From Cenococcum geophilum (lineage: Eukaryota), in assembly GCA_050273025.1 (NCBI GenBank), contig CP158636.1:7316001-7380000 (forward strand): a DNA stretch of 64,000 nucleotides. The letters are read 5' to 3'. Under the pieces are notes generated by a model that ran no database searches, had not been told where the DNA came from, and worked only from the letters and a program-made list of their open reading frames with translations. Of this stretch, positions 25,235-38,196 are shown one piece after another. A program made the translations under genes and the position numbers. Within the stretch, counting starts at the first letter, position 1. Each line of letters starts with the position of its first letter.

Positions 25235-28200
25235 AGTGTATAAAGCGGCGCCTGTCGCTACGTCTTATATCTATATAGTGCTATCGCCTAAGGTCGATGT
25301 AACTAGCTTATTATTTAGCGAAAAGGCCATGGCGTTAACCTCTATGGTATGGCCCTTGAGCGTCTATATAGCGGCGCCTAACGCTACGTCTTATATCCGT
25401 ATAGTGCTGTCGCCTAAGGCCGATGCGACTAGCTTGCCATCTAGTAAAAAGGCCACGGCGTTAACCTCTATAGTATGGCCCTTGAGCGTCTATATAGCGA
25501 CGCCTGTCGCTACGTCCTATATCTATACGGTGCTCTCGCGTAAGGCCGATATGACTAGCTTACTATTTAGTAAGAAGGCCACGGCATTGACCTAGTTAGT
25601 ATAGCCCTTAAGCGTCTATATAGCGGCGCCTATTATAACATCCTATACCCGCACGGTTCTGTTATCCGAGGCCGATGCGACTAGCTTGCTATCCGGTAAG
25701 AAGGCTATGGCATTTACCCAGTTTATATAGCCCTTAAGCGTCTATGTAGCGGCGCCTATTACTATATCCTATATCCGTATAGTGCTATCGCCTGAGGCCA
25801 ATATAACTAGCCTATTATCTGGCGAGAAGGACATAGTATTAACTCCGTTAGTATGGCCCCTAAGCGTCTATATAGCGGCGCCTGTTACTACGTCCTATAT
25901 CCGCACGGTGCTATTGCGCGAGGCCAATGTGACTAACTTGCCATCTAGCAAGAAAGCTACGGCATTGACCCCGTCGGTATAGCCCTTAAGTGTTTATATA
26001 GCGGCGCCTGTTACAATATCTTATACCTATACGGTTCTGTTATCTAAGGCCGATACGACTAGCTTACTATCCGGTAAGAAGGCTATAGTATTTACCCAGT
26101 TTATATAGCCCTCGAGCGTCTATATAGCGGCGCCTGTTACTACGTCCTATATCCGTACAGTGCTGTCGCCTGAGGCTAATATAACTAGCCTGCTATCTGG
26201 CGAGAAGGATATAGTATTAACTCCGTTAGTATAGCCCCTAAGTGTCTGTATAGCGGCGCTTATTACTATATCCTATATCCGCATGGTGCTGTTGCGCGAG
26301 GCCGATATAACTAACTTGCTATCCGGCAAGAAAGCCATGGCATTAACCCTGTTAGTATGGCCCTCGAGCGTTTATATAGCGGCGCCTATTGTAATATCCT
26401 ATACCCGCACGGTTCTGTTGTCCGAGGCCGATGCGACTAGCTTGCTATCCGGTGAGAAGGCCACGGCATTTACCCAGTTTGTATGGCCCTTGAGCGTCTA
26501 TATAGCGACGCCTGTTGCTGTGTCCTATACCTATATGGTGCTGTTGTCTGAAGCCAATGCAACTAGCTTGCCATCCAGCGAGAAGGTTACGGCATTGACC
26601 CTCTTGGTATGGCTATTAAGCGTCTATGTAGCGGCGCCTGTCGCTGCTTCCTATACCCATATAGTGCTGTTGCCTAAGGCCAATATAACTAGCCTGCCAT
26701 CTGGCGAGAAGGCCACGGCATTAACCTCCCTAGTATGGCCCTTAAGCGTCTGTGTAGCGGCACCTGTCGCTGCATCCTATACCTGTATAGTACTGTCGCG
26801 CGAGGCCGATGTGACTAGCCTGCTATCCAGCGAGAAGGACACGGCATTGACTCCATCGGTATGGCCCCTAAGCGTCTGTGTAGCAGCGCCTGACGCTGCG
26901 TCTTATATCCGTACGGTGCTGTCGCGTGAGGCCGATGCGACTAGCCTGCTATCCGGCGAGAAGGCTACGGTATTAATTTAGTTGGTATGGCCCTCTGTTG
27001 GAAATATAAGGTTATAGGGTTATAGTGGAGCTATCTTAAGGATCTAATTGATGATAGAGATGACGCAGACAATGAATATTAATTAATTCGTGATATAGTA
27101 GATGCTGTTAATATCTATCTAGATTATATGCAGAGCTTGACCTTACAAGGTGTCCAGAGCTTAGTTAGTACCTTATTGCTAATTTCTAACACTCCCCTAT
27201 GCTGACGACGCTCTCCTTGTCTATCCTAAATAGGTAATAATAAAGCTATTCCTAAATACCTTGTAAGTGCTATTCGGCCTATATATGGAGGGAAAACCTA
27301 TAATAGGCGAAAAACCTCTATTACTTGCTTTATTAGCTATCAATTCCTAGCGTTATACAGTGCTTTATAAATTGGTTGATTAGTAGCTATTTCGTAAGCA
27401 TATCTCTAGGTTAATCTTTACCTAGTATATATACTACTTCTAGTTAACCTTTCTAAACTATGTTGTTTTGTATAAAGAGGTATTAAGTCTTAATATGCTT
27501 GGCTTTTTGGTGGTGCTTCGTATTATACGAAAGGTTAACTATGCTCTTATTGTCGCAATATAGCGTAGGTATAAAAGGGCTGTTATTATCATCTCTCTCT
27601 TTTAGATCTCTTATTAGCTTCTTAAGCTATACTGCTGACCTTGCTCCTTTTGACGCTGCTATAACCTCTGCTTCTATTAAACTTAATACTATTAACTTCT
27701 GCCTTTAAGCCATCTAAATTACTGCTCCTCTATAGCGTATAACTGCTATGCCTTAGAATGATATCCGATCGTATTCTGTTCCCTATATAGCGTTAGTAAA
27801 GATACTATAGCTAGTAGGTAAGTTAGTTAACGTAAGCTTGCATAGAGGAAGGTAAATCTTTTAATTTGAGAAGGTAATTCCAGTTTCGAGAGTGCCGTTT
27901 AGATATTGTAGTAGCTGCTTGCTTAAACGGTAATGCGATTCTCCTGGTGCTGCTATAAACCTAGCTAGCTAACTAATAGCATAGCTAGTATTAGGACGCG
28001 TGTAGTTTGAGAGGTAGATTATAGAGCCAATAATCTGTTGGTATACCGTCGCGTCGTTATACTTAAGGAGACTTTTAATATTAGGTTTTAGAACAGTACT
28101 AGCTGGTATTAGTAGCTTAGCCAGATTGTAGTTGTCCATTTTCAGCCGTTTAAGTAGCTTCTTAGTATATATCGTCTAATGTAGCTTAAGGGTTTGGTTT

Positions 28201-31200
28201 ATACGATCTTAATTAATTTAGAAGCCTATGAATACTTCTACAGAACCTAGGTCTTTACATCTCCATTCTCTTAAAATTCTTGTCTTTGTGATATTGAGGT
28301 ATCGGCGCTTTTCTGCGATTAGTATATTGTTAACGAATAGTAAGATATATACTTCATTTCCTATAAAGAGATTAGGGTTAGCTTTAGCTGCTTTCAAACC
28401 TATATTCTTAAAGAACTTCTTAACCATCTAAAACTATTCTCTTGGTGCCTGCTTTAGGCCGTAAAGTAACTTATTTAGCTTTAAGTAGATGTCCTTTACC
28501 CCCTTAAGGTTAGGTTTAAAGTCTCTTAATAGGTTAGGAATCTGCATATAAATTTATTCTTGTAACGGCGGGTTTAAGAATGTAGTCTTAACGTCAATAT
28601 AGTCGAGCTTAAGGTCCTTAGCTGCTACCTTTACTATTAGGAACCTAAAGGTGTTATATCGTATAATAGACGCAAATGTCTTAAAATAGTCGATATTGGG
28701 GGTCTGCTTATCTCCCTAAATGCATAGTCTTACCTTCTTACGAATTACTTCTCCCTTAGCGTTATACTTATGCTTTAGAACTAGCTTACTTAAGAGTAAT
28801 AATCTTCCTTCTAGTACTCTCCCCCTTATAATAGTATAGGTGTGTATCCTCTTAAGTAAGAGGAATTCTTTAAAGATAGCTTTTATCCAGCTAGGAGTGT
28901 CCTCCCTTAAGGCCTAATCTAACTTAATAGCGTTAAAAGGTGCTGTAGGTGCTCCTAAGGAGGTAGTGTTCTTAGGTTCCAAATAGATAGCTTTTATAGC
29001 TATTACTGACTAAACTACCGTATTGTTAAAAACCCTTATATTTGGTAACCTTCTAGACCTTATTCTCTGCGCATAAGGAATACATATTAATGTGCTTTAT
29101 ATGGGCGTCCCACCCTTAGCATTACCTTGATTTAAGCGTCCCACTTAATCTTAACCTAGGCTTCCTACTTGATTTAAGCGGCCTACTCGGTCTTAACCTG
29201 GGCTTCCCACTTAGCTTAAGCGGCCCACTCAGTTACTATCTAGCCTACTTGTAGTTCTCGCAACTAGAGTCTCTGTCGGCGCGTTTAAGATAGTAGGGGG
29301 AGGTACGGGTCGGTTTAAAGCTTGGCTTGTAGCGTAATTTAAGCGTCCCGCTTAATCTTAACCTAGGCTTCCCACTTAATTAGAGCGGCCTACTTAGTCA
29401 CTATGTCTTATAGCTTGACTTATAGTATACACCTGACGTGCTCTATAAGGGAACCTATACTTATTTACTTTAGCATCTCTAAAAAGCTTAATTGCTTGCG
29501 TATATAGGTTTATTATCTTAAATTAACTACTCCCTTTTAACCCTATGAAAACGTAGTTAGGTTTTATCCTTAAATTATACTTTCTAGGGTGTTTCTCAAG
29601 CGTATTAATTAGGTTAGTATAACACCTAAAGATAACTAGATTCTTAAGGTTAGGTACTTATTAGGTGTATGCCTCGTAGGGTATAATAGCACCACTATGC
29701 TCGTCGTCGAATGGAAGTGCTGAGGTTGGTATTCGATTCTTAATCTAGACAGTATACTTAACTATATAGCACCAGAGCTCTACTGGTACATTTCCTTAAA
29801 ATAGTAGTGACCTTATCTTACAGTTAACTATATAGATCGCGCGCTTAATTACGCCATTATATAAGTGCTTATATAGCGGACAAGGTTTAAAATCAATACC
29901 CTAAGATATTAATTCGTCTTAAAGTCTGCGGCCGAACTCCCTCTTTCTATTATCCGCTTGAATCCAGACAGCTCTATTACCAGTGAATCTCTCTACCCTT
30001 GCAATAATCTCTTTAATATGCGGCAGTACCTCTTTAGTTTAGAGGGTTTTAAAAGGAATAACTTAGGTATAGCGTATGGCGTCATCTAGGGCTAGGAGGT
30101 AGTAGTTATAACCTCTAATCAATATACCGATTCGTCCTATAGTATTTAGGTGTAGCCCTTAACTAGGTATCTTCTCTCGCTTAGTTGTCTTCTTGCTTAG
30201 TATTTCTTATATCTTGCCAGCTAGATAAGCTTTGCATATGCTTTTACTAATAGGTACTGCTCTCTTCCTAAGCCTTATACCTAGTAAGGAGTGCTATAGC
30301 TTAAATAGATCACTGTAATTCGTATATCCAGTTCGGCGATGCTATAGGTCAGCATCTATTTCATTGAGATTTGGTTATAAATTGTATACTTCCGCTGTCG
30401 TATTAAGTGCTTCCTAATACTCTTATAGTACGTAGAGGTTATTCTTTATAATAGCCTTAAATATCGCGCCTAATTTATGCTTACCAGTAGCTTAATCGTC
30501 TAGGTTAAATATAATTGAGTAGCCTTTCTAAGTAAGGGTCCTTACTAAGATCAGCTTAATCGTCTTAAACGAAGGTACAAGCTAGACGTCTTTTAGCTTT
30601 AGGGTACCGATTTAAGCTTAGCTATAGCCTATAGCAGGGATAACGATCCTATTTGCAGTACGGACCTGTCGAGGCGTATTTTATTTCTTTAAATGTATTA
30701 GGTCTAATTAGTTACTAGTAAAATGCTTAGTTACACCTAAGTCGAGAGCCTAAGTTAAAGACGTCGTTGTAAGTATAGTACGTTTAGGGTCAGGGTTAAG
30801 GTAGATTGAATCGCTGTTAAATTCGTCTTTAGCTATTGCTATATTTCCTGCTTCCTCTGCCTTAGAAGTACCTTAATCTATCTTCTTAGCGTTATTAAAT
30901 TGGAATTGCTTAAGTAGGGGGTAGTCTTTCTAGTAGTGACCTTTCTAATAACATACTCTGCACTCATCTCTTTCTAGTTATCTTAGCTCTTTAGTTACTT
31001 AAGATAACGAGCTATGGCGATAACGTGATAAGGAATAATTAAATCTACTACGGCCTCTGCCCCTTGTTTGACCTTAACCTCAGTTTCCCCTTCTCCCCCT
31101 AGGTTTATCTTTCCTCTCGTGTATAAGTGCTGCGGTCTGTGCTTATATAGGAAGAGCAGTCTTATACTCCTGAAGAAGGGTAATGCAGCTCTTAAGGTCT

Positions 31201-32266
31201 TGTTTGTCTCGTAGGTACTAGGTCTTCGCATTCTATTAGGTGACATCACTTAGGAGGGCTAAGAGAAGCTGCTCTTTAATATTGTCGTTAGTAAGTGCTT
31301 AAGGCGTCGAGGCTAGATTAATCTTAAATCAATTAAGTATATGGAGGAACTTAACAATTCGCATCTTTATAGGGTCGAATGTAGTGCTATAAAACTCCCT
31401 GTGAAGTCTAGAGATATAGACCTCGTTATTAGCCTTATTAAACTTCTTTATTCCTTCCTATATTCCCTAAATATTATACGCCTTTATTATCGCACGCATC
31501 TCTTCCTGACGGTCGTCTCCTATCGAATTATAGATGATCTTGTTTGCCTCCCCTCATCTTCTCCTTCCATTAGTTAAATTGACTTAATTTAGGTCCTCTG
31601 TACTAGTAATAAAATCCCAGCCCTCTAATATAATTAGAGCTGCCTTATAGGTGCGCTCCTAGTCTATAAAGTTGTCTCTATTAAAAATGACGATTTTACC
31701 GGCCTTGTGATCGTATGTAGGTGTCGTTAAGGTTAAGGTAGAGGAGGTTATTTTAGGGGTCGATTTTTGAGTTAGGAGAGGTGTTACTACCTAGGCTTAT
31801 AACCTATTAGAAATACAAGGTTATGGGGTTATAGCGGAGCTATCTTAAGGATCTAATTAATGATAGAGATGACGCAGATGATGAATATTAATTGATTCGT
31901 AATGTAGTAGATGCCGTTAATATCTATCTAGATTGTATATAGAGCTTAACCTTATAAGGTGTCCAGAGCTTAGTTAGCACCTTATTGCTAATTTCTAATA
32001 CCCTTAAGCGTCTATATAGCGGCGCCTGTTGCTATATCCTATATCTATATAGTGCTGTCGCCCGAGACCGATACGACCAGCTTACTATCTGGCGAGAAGG
32101 CCATGGCATTAACCCCGTTAGTATGGCCCCTGAGCGTTTATATAGCGGCGCCTATTGCTGCGTCCTATATCCGCATAGTGCTGTCGCGCGAGGCCGATGT
32201 GACTAGCTTGCTATCCGGCGAGAAGGCAACGGCATTAACCCTATCGGTATGGCCCTTAAGCGTCTA
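25235..32266 (-). repeat. 126-bp WD40 tandem array (16 units: 2 before the Copia, 1 split by it, 13 after)
   Basis: Exact 126-bp periodicity at 25235-26995 and 32001-32266. Confidence 0.93.
26996..32000 (-). mobile_element. Full-length Ty1/Copia retrotransposon, RIP-inactivated
   Basis: 196-bp LTRs at 26996-27191 and 31805-32000. TSD CCCTC/CCCTT (26991-95, 32001-05). PBS GGTTATAAGCC next to the right LTR and PPT GGGGAG next to the left. Domain order on minus is gag-PR-IN-RT-RH, with YIDVKTTFLN, LNKLLYGLKQAPR, ILLFVNN and ILYCDNKS. Confidence 0.96.
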
Positions 32267-34649
32267 TACTAGCGAGCTCTACTCCTCTACTATTTGCGGA
32301 CATCTCTTAATCTAATTAACTATCTCTCCCTTAAACTGCTTGCGAACTAGGCTCCTCTGCGGTATAAATACTAGGGTATAGTAATATATTTAAAGAGGTG
32401 CTTTTTTAATAATTGATCGGTTATATAGGAGGAATTACTTAGCGTTATAGAGAAATGCATGGAGATCGCGATTATTATTAGACTAGAATAATCTTACTAG
32501 TTATCTATATTAATGGGCTTAGGATATAACTTACGTTAGCTATAGACTTTAATAATACTATAGCGCAAATCCCTTTTAAACTCCGTTTAATCTAGCTAAG
32601 AGCCTTAGCCTAGTGGAGTAGATAGTCCCGTAAGAAGTAATATACTATACCGTTATCTAAGAGCTGATATTTGCTGCGCTAGTAATAGTTAACCTAGTAC
32701 CTATAAGCGTACTAAAGCTCTACCGGAAGATAACGCGCGAGATTATTAGGTGGGACTTATGCTATTCTAGCGCCGGGATTATAGGCTATAGATATCTCTT
32801 TAGAGCTTCTTAGATATAAGCTATATATAGTAATTTGCTAGCACTTTATACGCCTTCTTTTTATTGACCCAAAAATGTCTATCTCTATATCTCTGCGAGT
32901 TTAGGAGAAAGCCCCGGAGGGAAGGATAGTAGAGTTAAACTAGTTAGGTTAGATTCTTTGGAATATCTAAAATAAAGTAAAGTCCTCCTAGTATAGCGCT
33001 AATATTCTGCTTAGGTATATATAGAATTTAGGTAAGAGAGGGAGCAAAAATAGGTAAAAAGAGCGTAATAATAACCCTAAGAGCTTCCCTTAGCATTTTA
33101 TAAGCCTTATCTTTCTTATACTGCTTTAGACGCCTACTAATTAAGTTCTTAAGGACTTTAGTGTAGATATTATTTAGCTCTTCTTTAGGTTTAGTATTAG
33201 AGCTATTATTCTTAAAAATATCTAATAACTAATATAGACTAAAGAGGTTACCGCCTTTATTAATAAACCGAGAGGCGGTGGCTGCCCAGATAAATAACCC
33301 CGCGGCCTTTTATACTAAACGCCTAATAGCTTCCTCTCCTGGCTAGTTCTTATTAAGGATATATTTCCGCCGAATATCTAAAAGGGTATACTGTAGAAAA
33401 GTGAAAATATTACCATTAATAACGGACTGTAATATATTATAAAGTATAAAATCCTAATAATCCTAATTAGGGATTAGTAAAAACCTATATTAGATAGGTA
33501 TATTAGGCCTACTTATAATAAATATATGGAAACGTAGTCTGCCTAAGCGTTAGGAATAGCTTAATAAGTAAAGTACCAGTTATATGTCGCTCTCCTTCTT
33601 ATACTTATCTAGCGTATTAATTACAATAAGTAAGGGGGCCTGAAATAAGCTGGCTCCTAGCTTAAATAGCGGTTATAAAACGAGCTTATTCTATTAGTCT
33701 TTTAGGGTTTTACTATTAATACCTTTGTCGTTTAACATCACCTTAATAAGTAAAGACTTAAAGGTGGTGCACCTCTGCGCTAGCTGTTAAGTAATAGTGC
33801 TAACGAACTTCCCCGTATAACCTACGTCCCCACCACCTCTTAAGAAGAAAAAGCTGGCTATAAAGTATCCTTTGTTATAGTATTCGCGGGCAATTATATA
33901 AGCAATGGTCGACTTCCCTATCCCCGCTAAACTGCCTAGCTAAAAGATATATCTTAGGTCATCTCTATCTACCTACATTTATATTTGCTTAAGGACTTAA
34001 ATTTAAGTATTAGGGAGGCAGTAAGGGTAGTCGTCTTTTCCAAGAGCATTAAAGGCCGCTTAGGGCGCGTTAGTTAACCCCACTTTTAACTTATAATAGG
34101 GTAATATAGTAATAGGGCCTATATTAAAAGAAGATTAGCTAAAGTACTTTGCTTACAGAAGTTAAACGACATAGTAGAGGGACAAATGGCTTACTATTAT
34201 AGATATCGCGCCTAGCATTACCTGTGCCTTGCTAGACTATATTAGCCGTAATAGCCTCATTTCTAAAGCTTTTAGGCTAAGCGGATTAAAGGCGAGCCAT
34301 TATATACTATAAAGGACCGATAGTTCTGCACTGGTAGAAGGACGAAGAAGGGTAACCTAGCAAGGATATATTGGCAAGGCGGTCAGCTATTCTAGGACAC
34401 GTCTAAAATAGCCGAAGTAGTTAATTACTAGGATCGGTATTAGGCCCAAAACCTTATCCGGATTAACTTTATCCGCGTCTTAGCATTATAACACTGCTAG
34501 AATGCTCTAAAACTATAATAAGGTGACTAGTAATACTCTTTAAGCTTAATTACTAACCTTAAGTTTTAAGAGAAGCGGATAAATACCTTAATTACGCTAG
34601 TAGGGAGGGCGGCTAACCTGTACTAACTAGACCCTTATTAAGGTAGAGG

Positions 34650-34752
34650 TTTCTAAACTAAAGCAAGCATATTAATAGTAGGAAGTATTTAGCTAGCGCT
34701 CCGTAATGGCCTATACCCTAGATAGTGTATAGCTATAATAGAATATATATAT
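34650..34752 (+). mobile_element. ~100-bp 5'-truncated LINE 3' end with TSD
   Basis: Near-identical to 17145-17260. Flanked by ATTAAGGTAGAGG (34637-49) and GTTAAGATAGAGG (34753-65). Confidence 0.85.
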
Positions 34753-36099
34753 GTTAAGATAGAGGAAGTGGGAATAAAGTAGAGGATAGAAGGTTTAATA
34801 GATTTAAGTAGTGATCGAGTCCAAGCCACGTATAGCGTATTTAGTATTTAGGGTACCCTATAATACGCCACTAACGAAGATTACCTACCTTAGTTAGCGT
34901 CTTATTTTGCAACTGCATGTAATAATAAGATATTAGGGATAAGAATCCTTAAAACCTTAATATCGCATAAAGCCTGTCATACTTTCGCTTTACTAAACCT
35001 GTTTACTTAAACTAAAATCGTTATATACCGAACTCTATAAGCACCACATTTCCTTAATAAGTGCCCTTCCCCCTTCTCCTATTTAGGAGCCTCGGCGAAT
35101 GTTTTAAAAGGGCCTCCCTTCCCTATTCCCCTAAGTTATACTACACCGCGTAGTTACCCTTATGCGAGTATATTCCTCTATAGGCCTCTATAATCGCTAG
35201 AACTTTTACCCCTAATATAAACTAGCAGTACGCTATAAGTCCACTATATGGCAGAAGTCTCCTACACGTTTAACGTCTATAAGAGTTTAAAAATCTCCTA
35301 GAAAATCTAGGGTTATAATTATAGATTCCTTCGGCCAGTTACGGTATAGGTATAATACCGACATAGATGCCTTAAGGGAAGAGATAGAATTGAAAGGGGA
35401 TAAAATATAGATGGGGTTATTTAACTTGCTAGATCTCGCGGAAATAGGGAAATAATAGCGTAATGTAAGAGCTGGAAAGGTTTAAAAGCGTTCTATGCTT
35501 AGAGTTAAAAGAGGCATACTTATTAGGGGATTTGGAAAATCTATAGGAATTTAAACATGTTTAAGAGGCATAGAGGGATATATTACTAATCTTTAAAGAT
35601 TATAGCGGCGAACTAGAAAGGGCAGTTATGAATATAGGACAACTATTAAGGACTTATATAGCGGAGTTAACGTACTATATAATATACTATATATAAGAGA
35701 ATTTTAAGAATATATGACTAATTGTATTCTATTAAGTTATGTAATTAGGTTATAAGTAATATTTAGTTTCCACTCTAGTTTTTTTAGGGTTTCTATAAAA
35801 TCTGCTGGTTTCTTTATAACTAGAAGTAGATAGAATCCTTTACCTAATGTTTACCAGATCCGCACCTAAGGCAGTAATTATTAGCGCAGCTATTCCGATA
35901 TATCTTCCTCCTCTAACACCGCCGAGACGAATTACAGCCCGTTTTTGTTAATATTAAACGGTAAAGATACAATGCCTCCTATAGGGTAAAACCTAAGACG
36001 AAGCGACGAGTGTTTTAAGTTGCGTATCTTTAAATAAGGTTATACCTTTAAGGGTATATAGCGGTCCCAAACCCCTAATATAAAGCAATTGTTAAGTAA

Positions 36100-36935
36100 T
36101 CCTACTGCCTATCTCCCGCTTTTAGAGTCTTCTCCTCTATTTATATATCTTTAAGCACTTTTATAACTGTCTTAAATCCATCTAACTAATATTTATTAAT
36201 AATACTTCTAAGCGGAATATGGACCGTTAGGGGGAAAATTTACGCCTTAAATAACCCTTTAATCTTATCCTTATCTTTAATTTCGTTATACAGCCTCTTT
36301 CTAGTCATAATCTCGTATATAAGGCTACTAATAGTAAATATCTCGGTTGCGACGGAGATGCGAAAGGGCTCTACACTATCTACTTTTCGGTATCGCATCT
36401 CCTGCCTAACCAACGCGTCTTAGTCGCCTATTGCCGAACTGGAAAAGTTATAAAGTATTAACAATAGGTTATCGGCCACGAGAAAATTTCTAGCACTTAT
36501 ATCGGCCTAGAGCACGCCTATTAAATAAATAAAGCTAATACTCCTTATGGTACCCTTAACCCATAAAAGCTTTATAGAGAACTGTATTAGCTTTATTGGA
36601 TTACTAAGATAGCGCCGTAGACTCCCGTTCTTTATAAAAGGAAACCATAACCCTATACTGGAGATATTAAGACATATAAGGATCCCTTTATATACGCCTA
36701 GATGCTTATACACTGCCTTTTCTTACTCTAAAAGCATTAAGGAATCTGCTTCCTTATATCGTGCTATATATAAGACCTCGTCATTATACCTATTAAGATT
36801 AAAAGCCAGCGCAAATTTAAGAACTGTCTTGCTGTCGTCTAAAAGGCAAACTTTAGCTATACTGCCTTAGTCTTTTAAAGATATGTAGTAATTAAGTGTT
36901 AAGAATCTAACCACCAAAAGGCCGTATCGCGGCAT
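36100..36935 (-). pseudogene. Fungal protein kinase-like gene
   Basis: GSIAKV...VLK, E*EKAVYKHLG, NGSLRRYL, GVL*ADISARNFLV (catalytic loop), YNFSSS (CDFSGS) and TEIFTISSLIYEIMT. Confidence 0.85.
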
Positions 36936-37393
36936 ATTGGCGACTTAGAGAAGGAGCTTAAGGTATACTGTTTTAGCATAAACACTAAATCCTCTTAAAA
37001 GCAGTGGAACTGCGTACCTAACAGCACAATTTGTATAGTAGGTATTGGGATTAGATATAGTGGATTCGCAAAAAATTAAAAGTAAAGCTTAGCGAGTGCA
37101 ATAGGTATATAAAAGGGCCACGAACCGGTTACGCGGGAGAAGCTATTTAAGCTCTTTCTGTTATATATACGCTGCATACTAAAATAGCGGATATTAATTT
37201 TATTTAGTTTAGCGTACCTAAATATAAACTATAATGATATTTTACCACCTCTTTACCTAATCCCGATATAGCATAAGCGTAATTAAAAAAGAACGTGACT
37301 ATATTTCACTTTCCCCACCCTTTCTAGAAGACAACCGTAACGCCTACGTCAATAATTAGTGTTTATACTTTATAGTGTCCTCTAATATATATA

Positions 37394-37555
37394 TTAGCGG
37401 TATAAGGGACAGTTATATAATCGGTTAGTACTCTACGCAAGAGTAGTAGTGCTAGTCACAATCCCGCAATCTTTATTACTACAAGCTGTAATAAAAGACT
37501 CCTCCACGGTATGCCCGCATTTATATTTAGTGCTAGTGACGGTTTTGGTGCACAT
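37394..37555 (-). pseudogene. Small Cys-rich MC...CGH...C..C...CP.C peptide gene (53 aa)
   Basis: MCTKTVTSTKYKCGHTVEESFITACSNKDCGIVTSTTTLA*STNRLYNCPLYR. The single TAG is consistent with RIP of CAG. Confidence 0.65.
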
Positions 37556-38196
37556 TATATAAGACAGATATTGTAATTCTATGTGAAGAAATTTAAAGAT
37601 TTCGGGTTGAGAAGTCAAAGGATATAAGTTTTATAGGCAGAAAAGACGGATTATAATCTCTTAGAACTAGTTCGATAAATAAATATATAAATTAAATATT
37701 GGCTATAAGGTCGATATATTAGTAGGATATAATATAATATAATAGTTCTCCTCTATATAACTAGCCTTATCTTTATATAGCCTAGAACTAATAAGTAAAT
37801 AGGAGGGTTAGGAAAGGCGCTATAGTACTACTCAGCTAGGCAGCAATCTTGCTAAATATATACTCCTTGCCTAAATGGGAATTTCCTCCTACTCCTACGC
37901 TTATTAACCCAGATTTCTAATAGCCTCTCTTCTTAAGTCTAAGCGTTTATATAGTCGTTATCGTGGTTAATTCTTATTTGTATACAGTCCGCTATAAAGT
38001 TGATAATTGGCGCGCTTTCTTCCTGCGTTAATGTGGTACTAATAACTTCCCCCCTATAGTGGATTGTGCCGATTAAAGTCGCCAAATTTAGTTAAGTGTT
38101 GGGTGCCCTATTACGAGCACCTAAACTAACCTTACTATCGACAACGTGTCCTTTTTAAGAGACTTTTAATTATGTCTAAGTGCACGCTATAAAAAC

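Larger units (their letters stand above)
24959..34300 (-). pseudogene. HET-E-like NACHT-WD40 NLR with short N-terminus, interrupted by Copia
   Basis: ATG at 34300 and an intron at ~34195-34120. NACHT motifs are AAFNA...CLPNT, F*LGSLAGIGKSTIA (Walker A, ~33900-33945), ASFFFLRGGGD and IVINTLDK (Walker B). WD40 repeats read [25 protein letters not shown]. The HET-E-type tail LL*LPLEYRPS lies at ~25040. Confidence 0.95.

Noticed and set aside
25235..26995. CRISPR-like regular array
   Set aside because: These are contiguous coding repeats with no unique spacers, in a eukaryotic context.
25236..32315. Plus-strand ORF-track entries (119, 66, 232, 73, 87 aa) with 42-aa periodicity
   Set aside because: They are antisense shadows of the minus-strand WD40 repeats.
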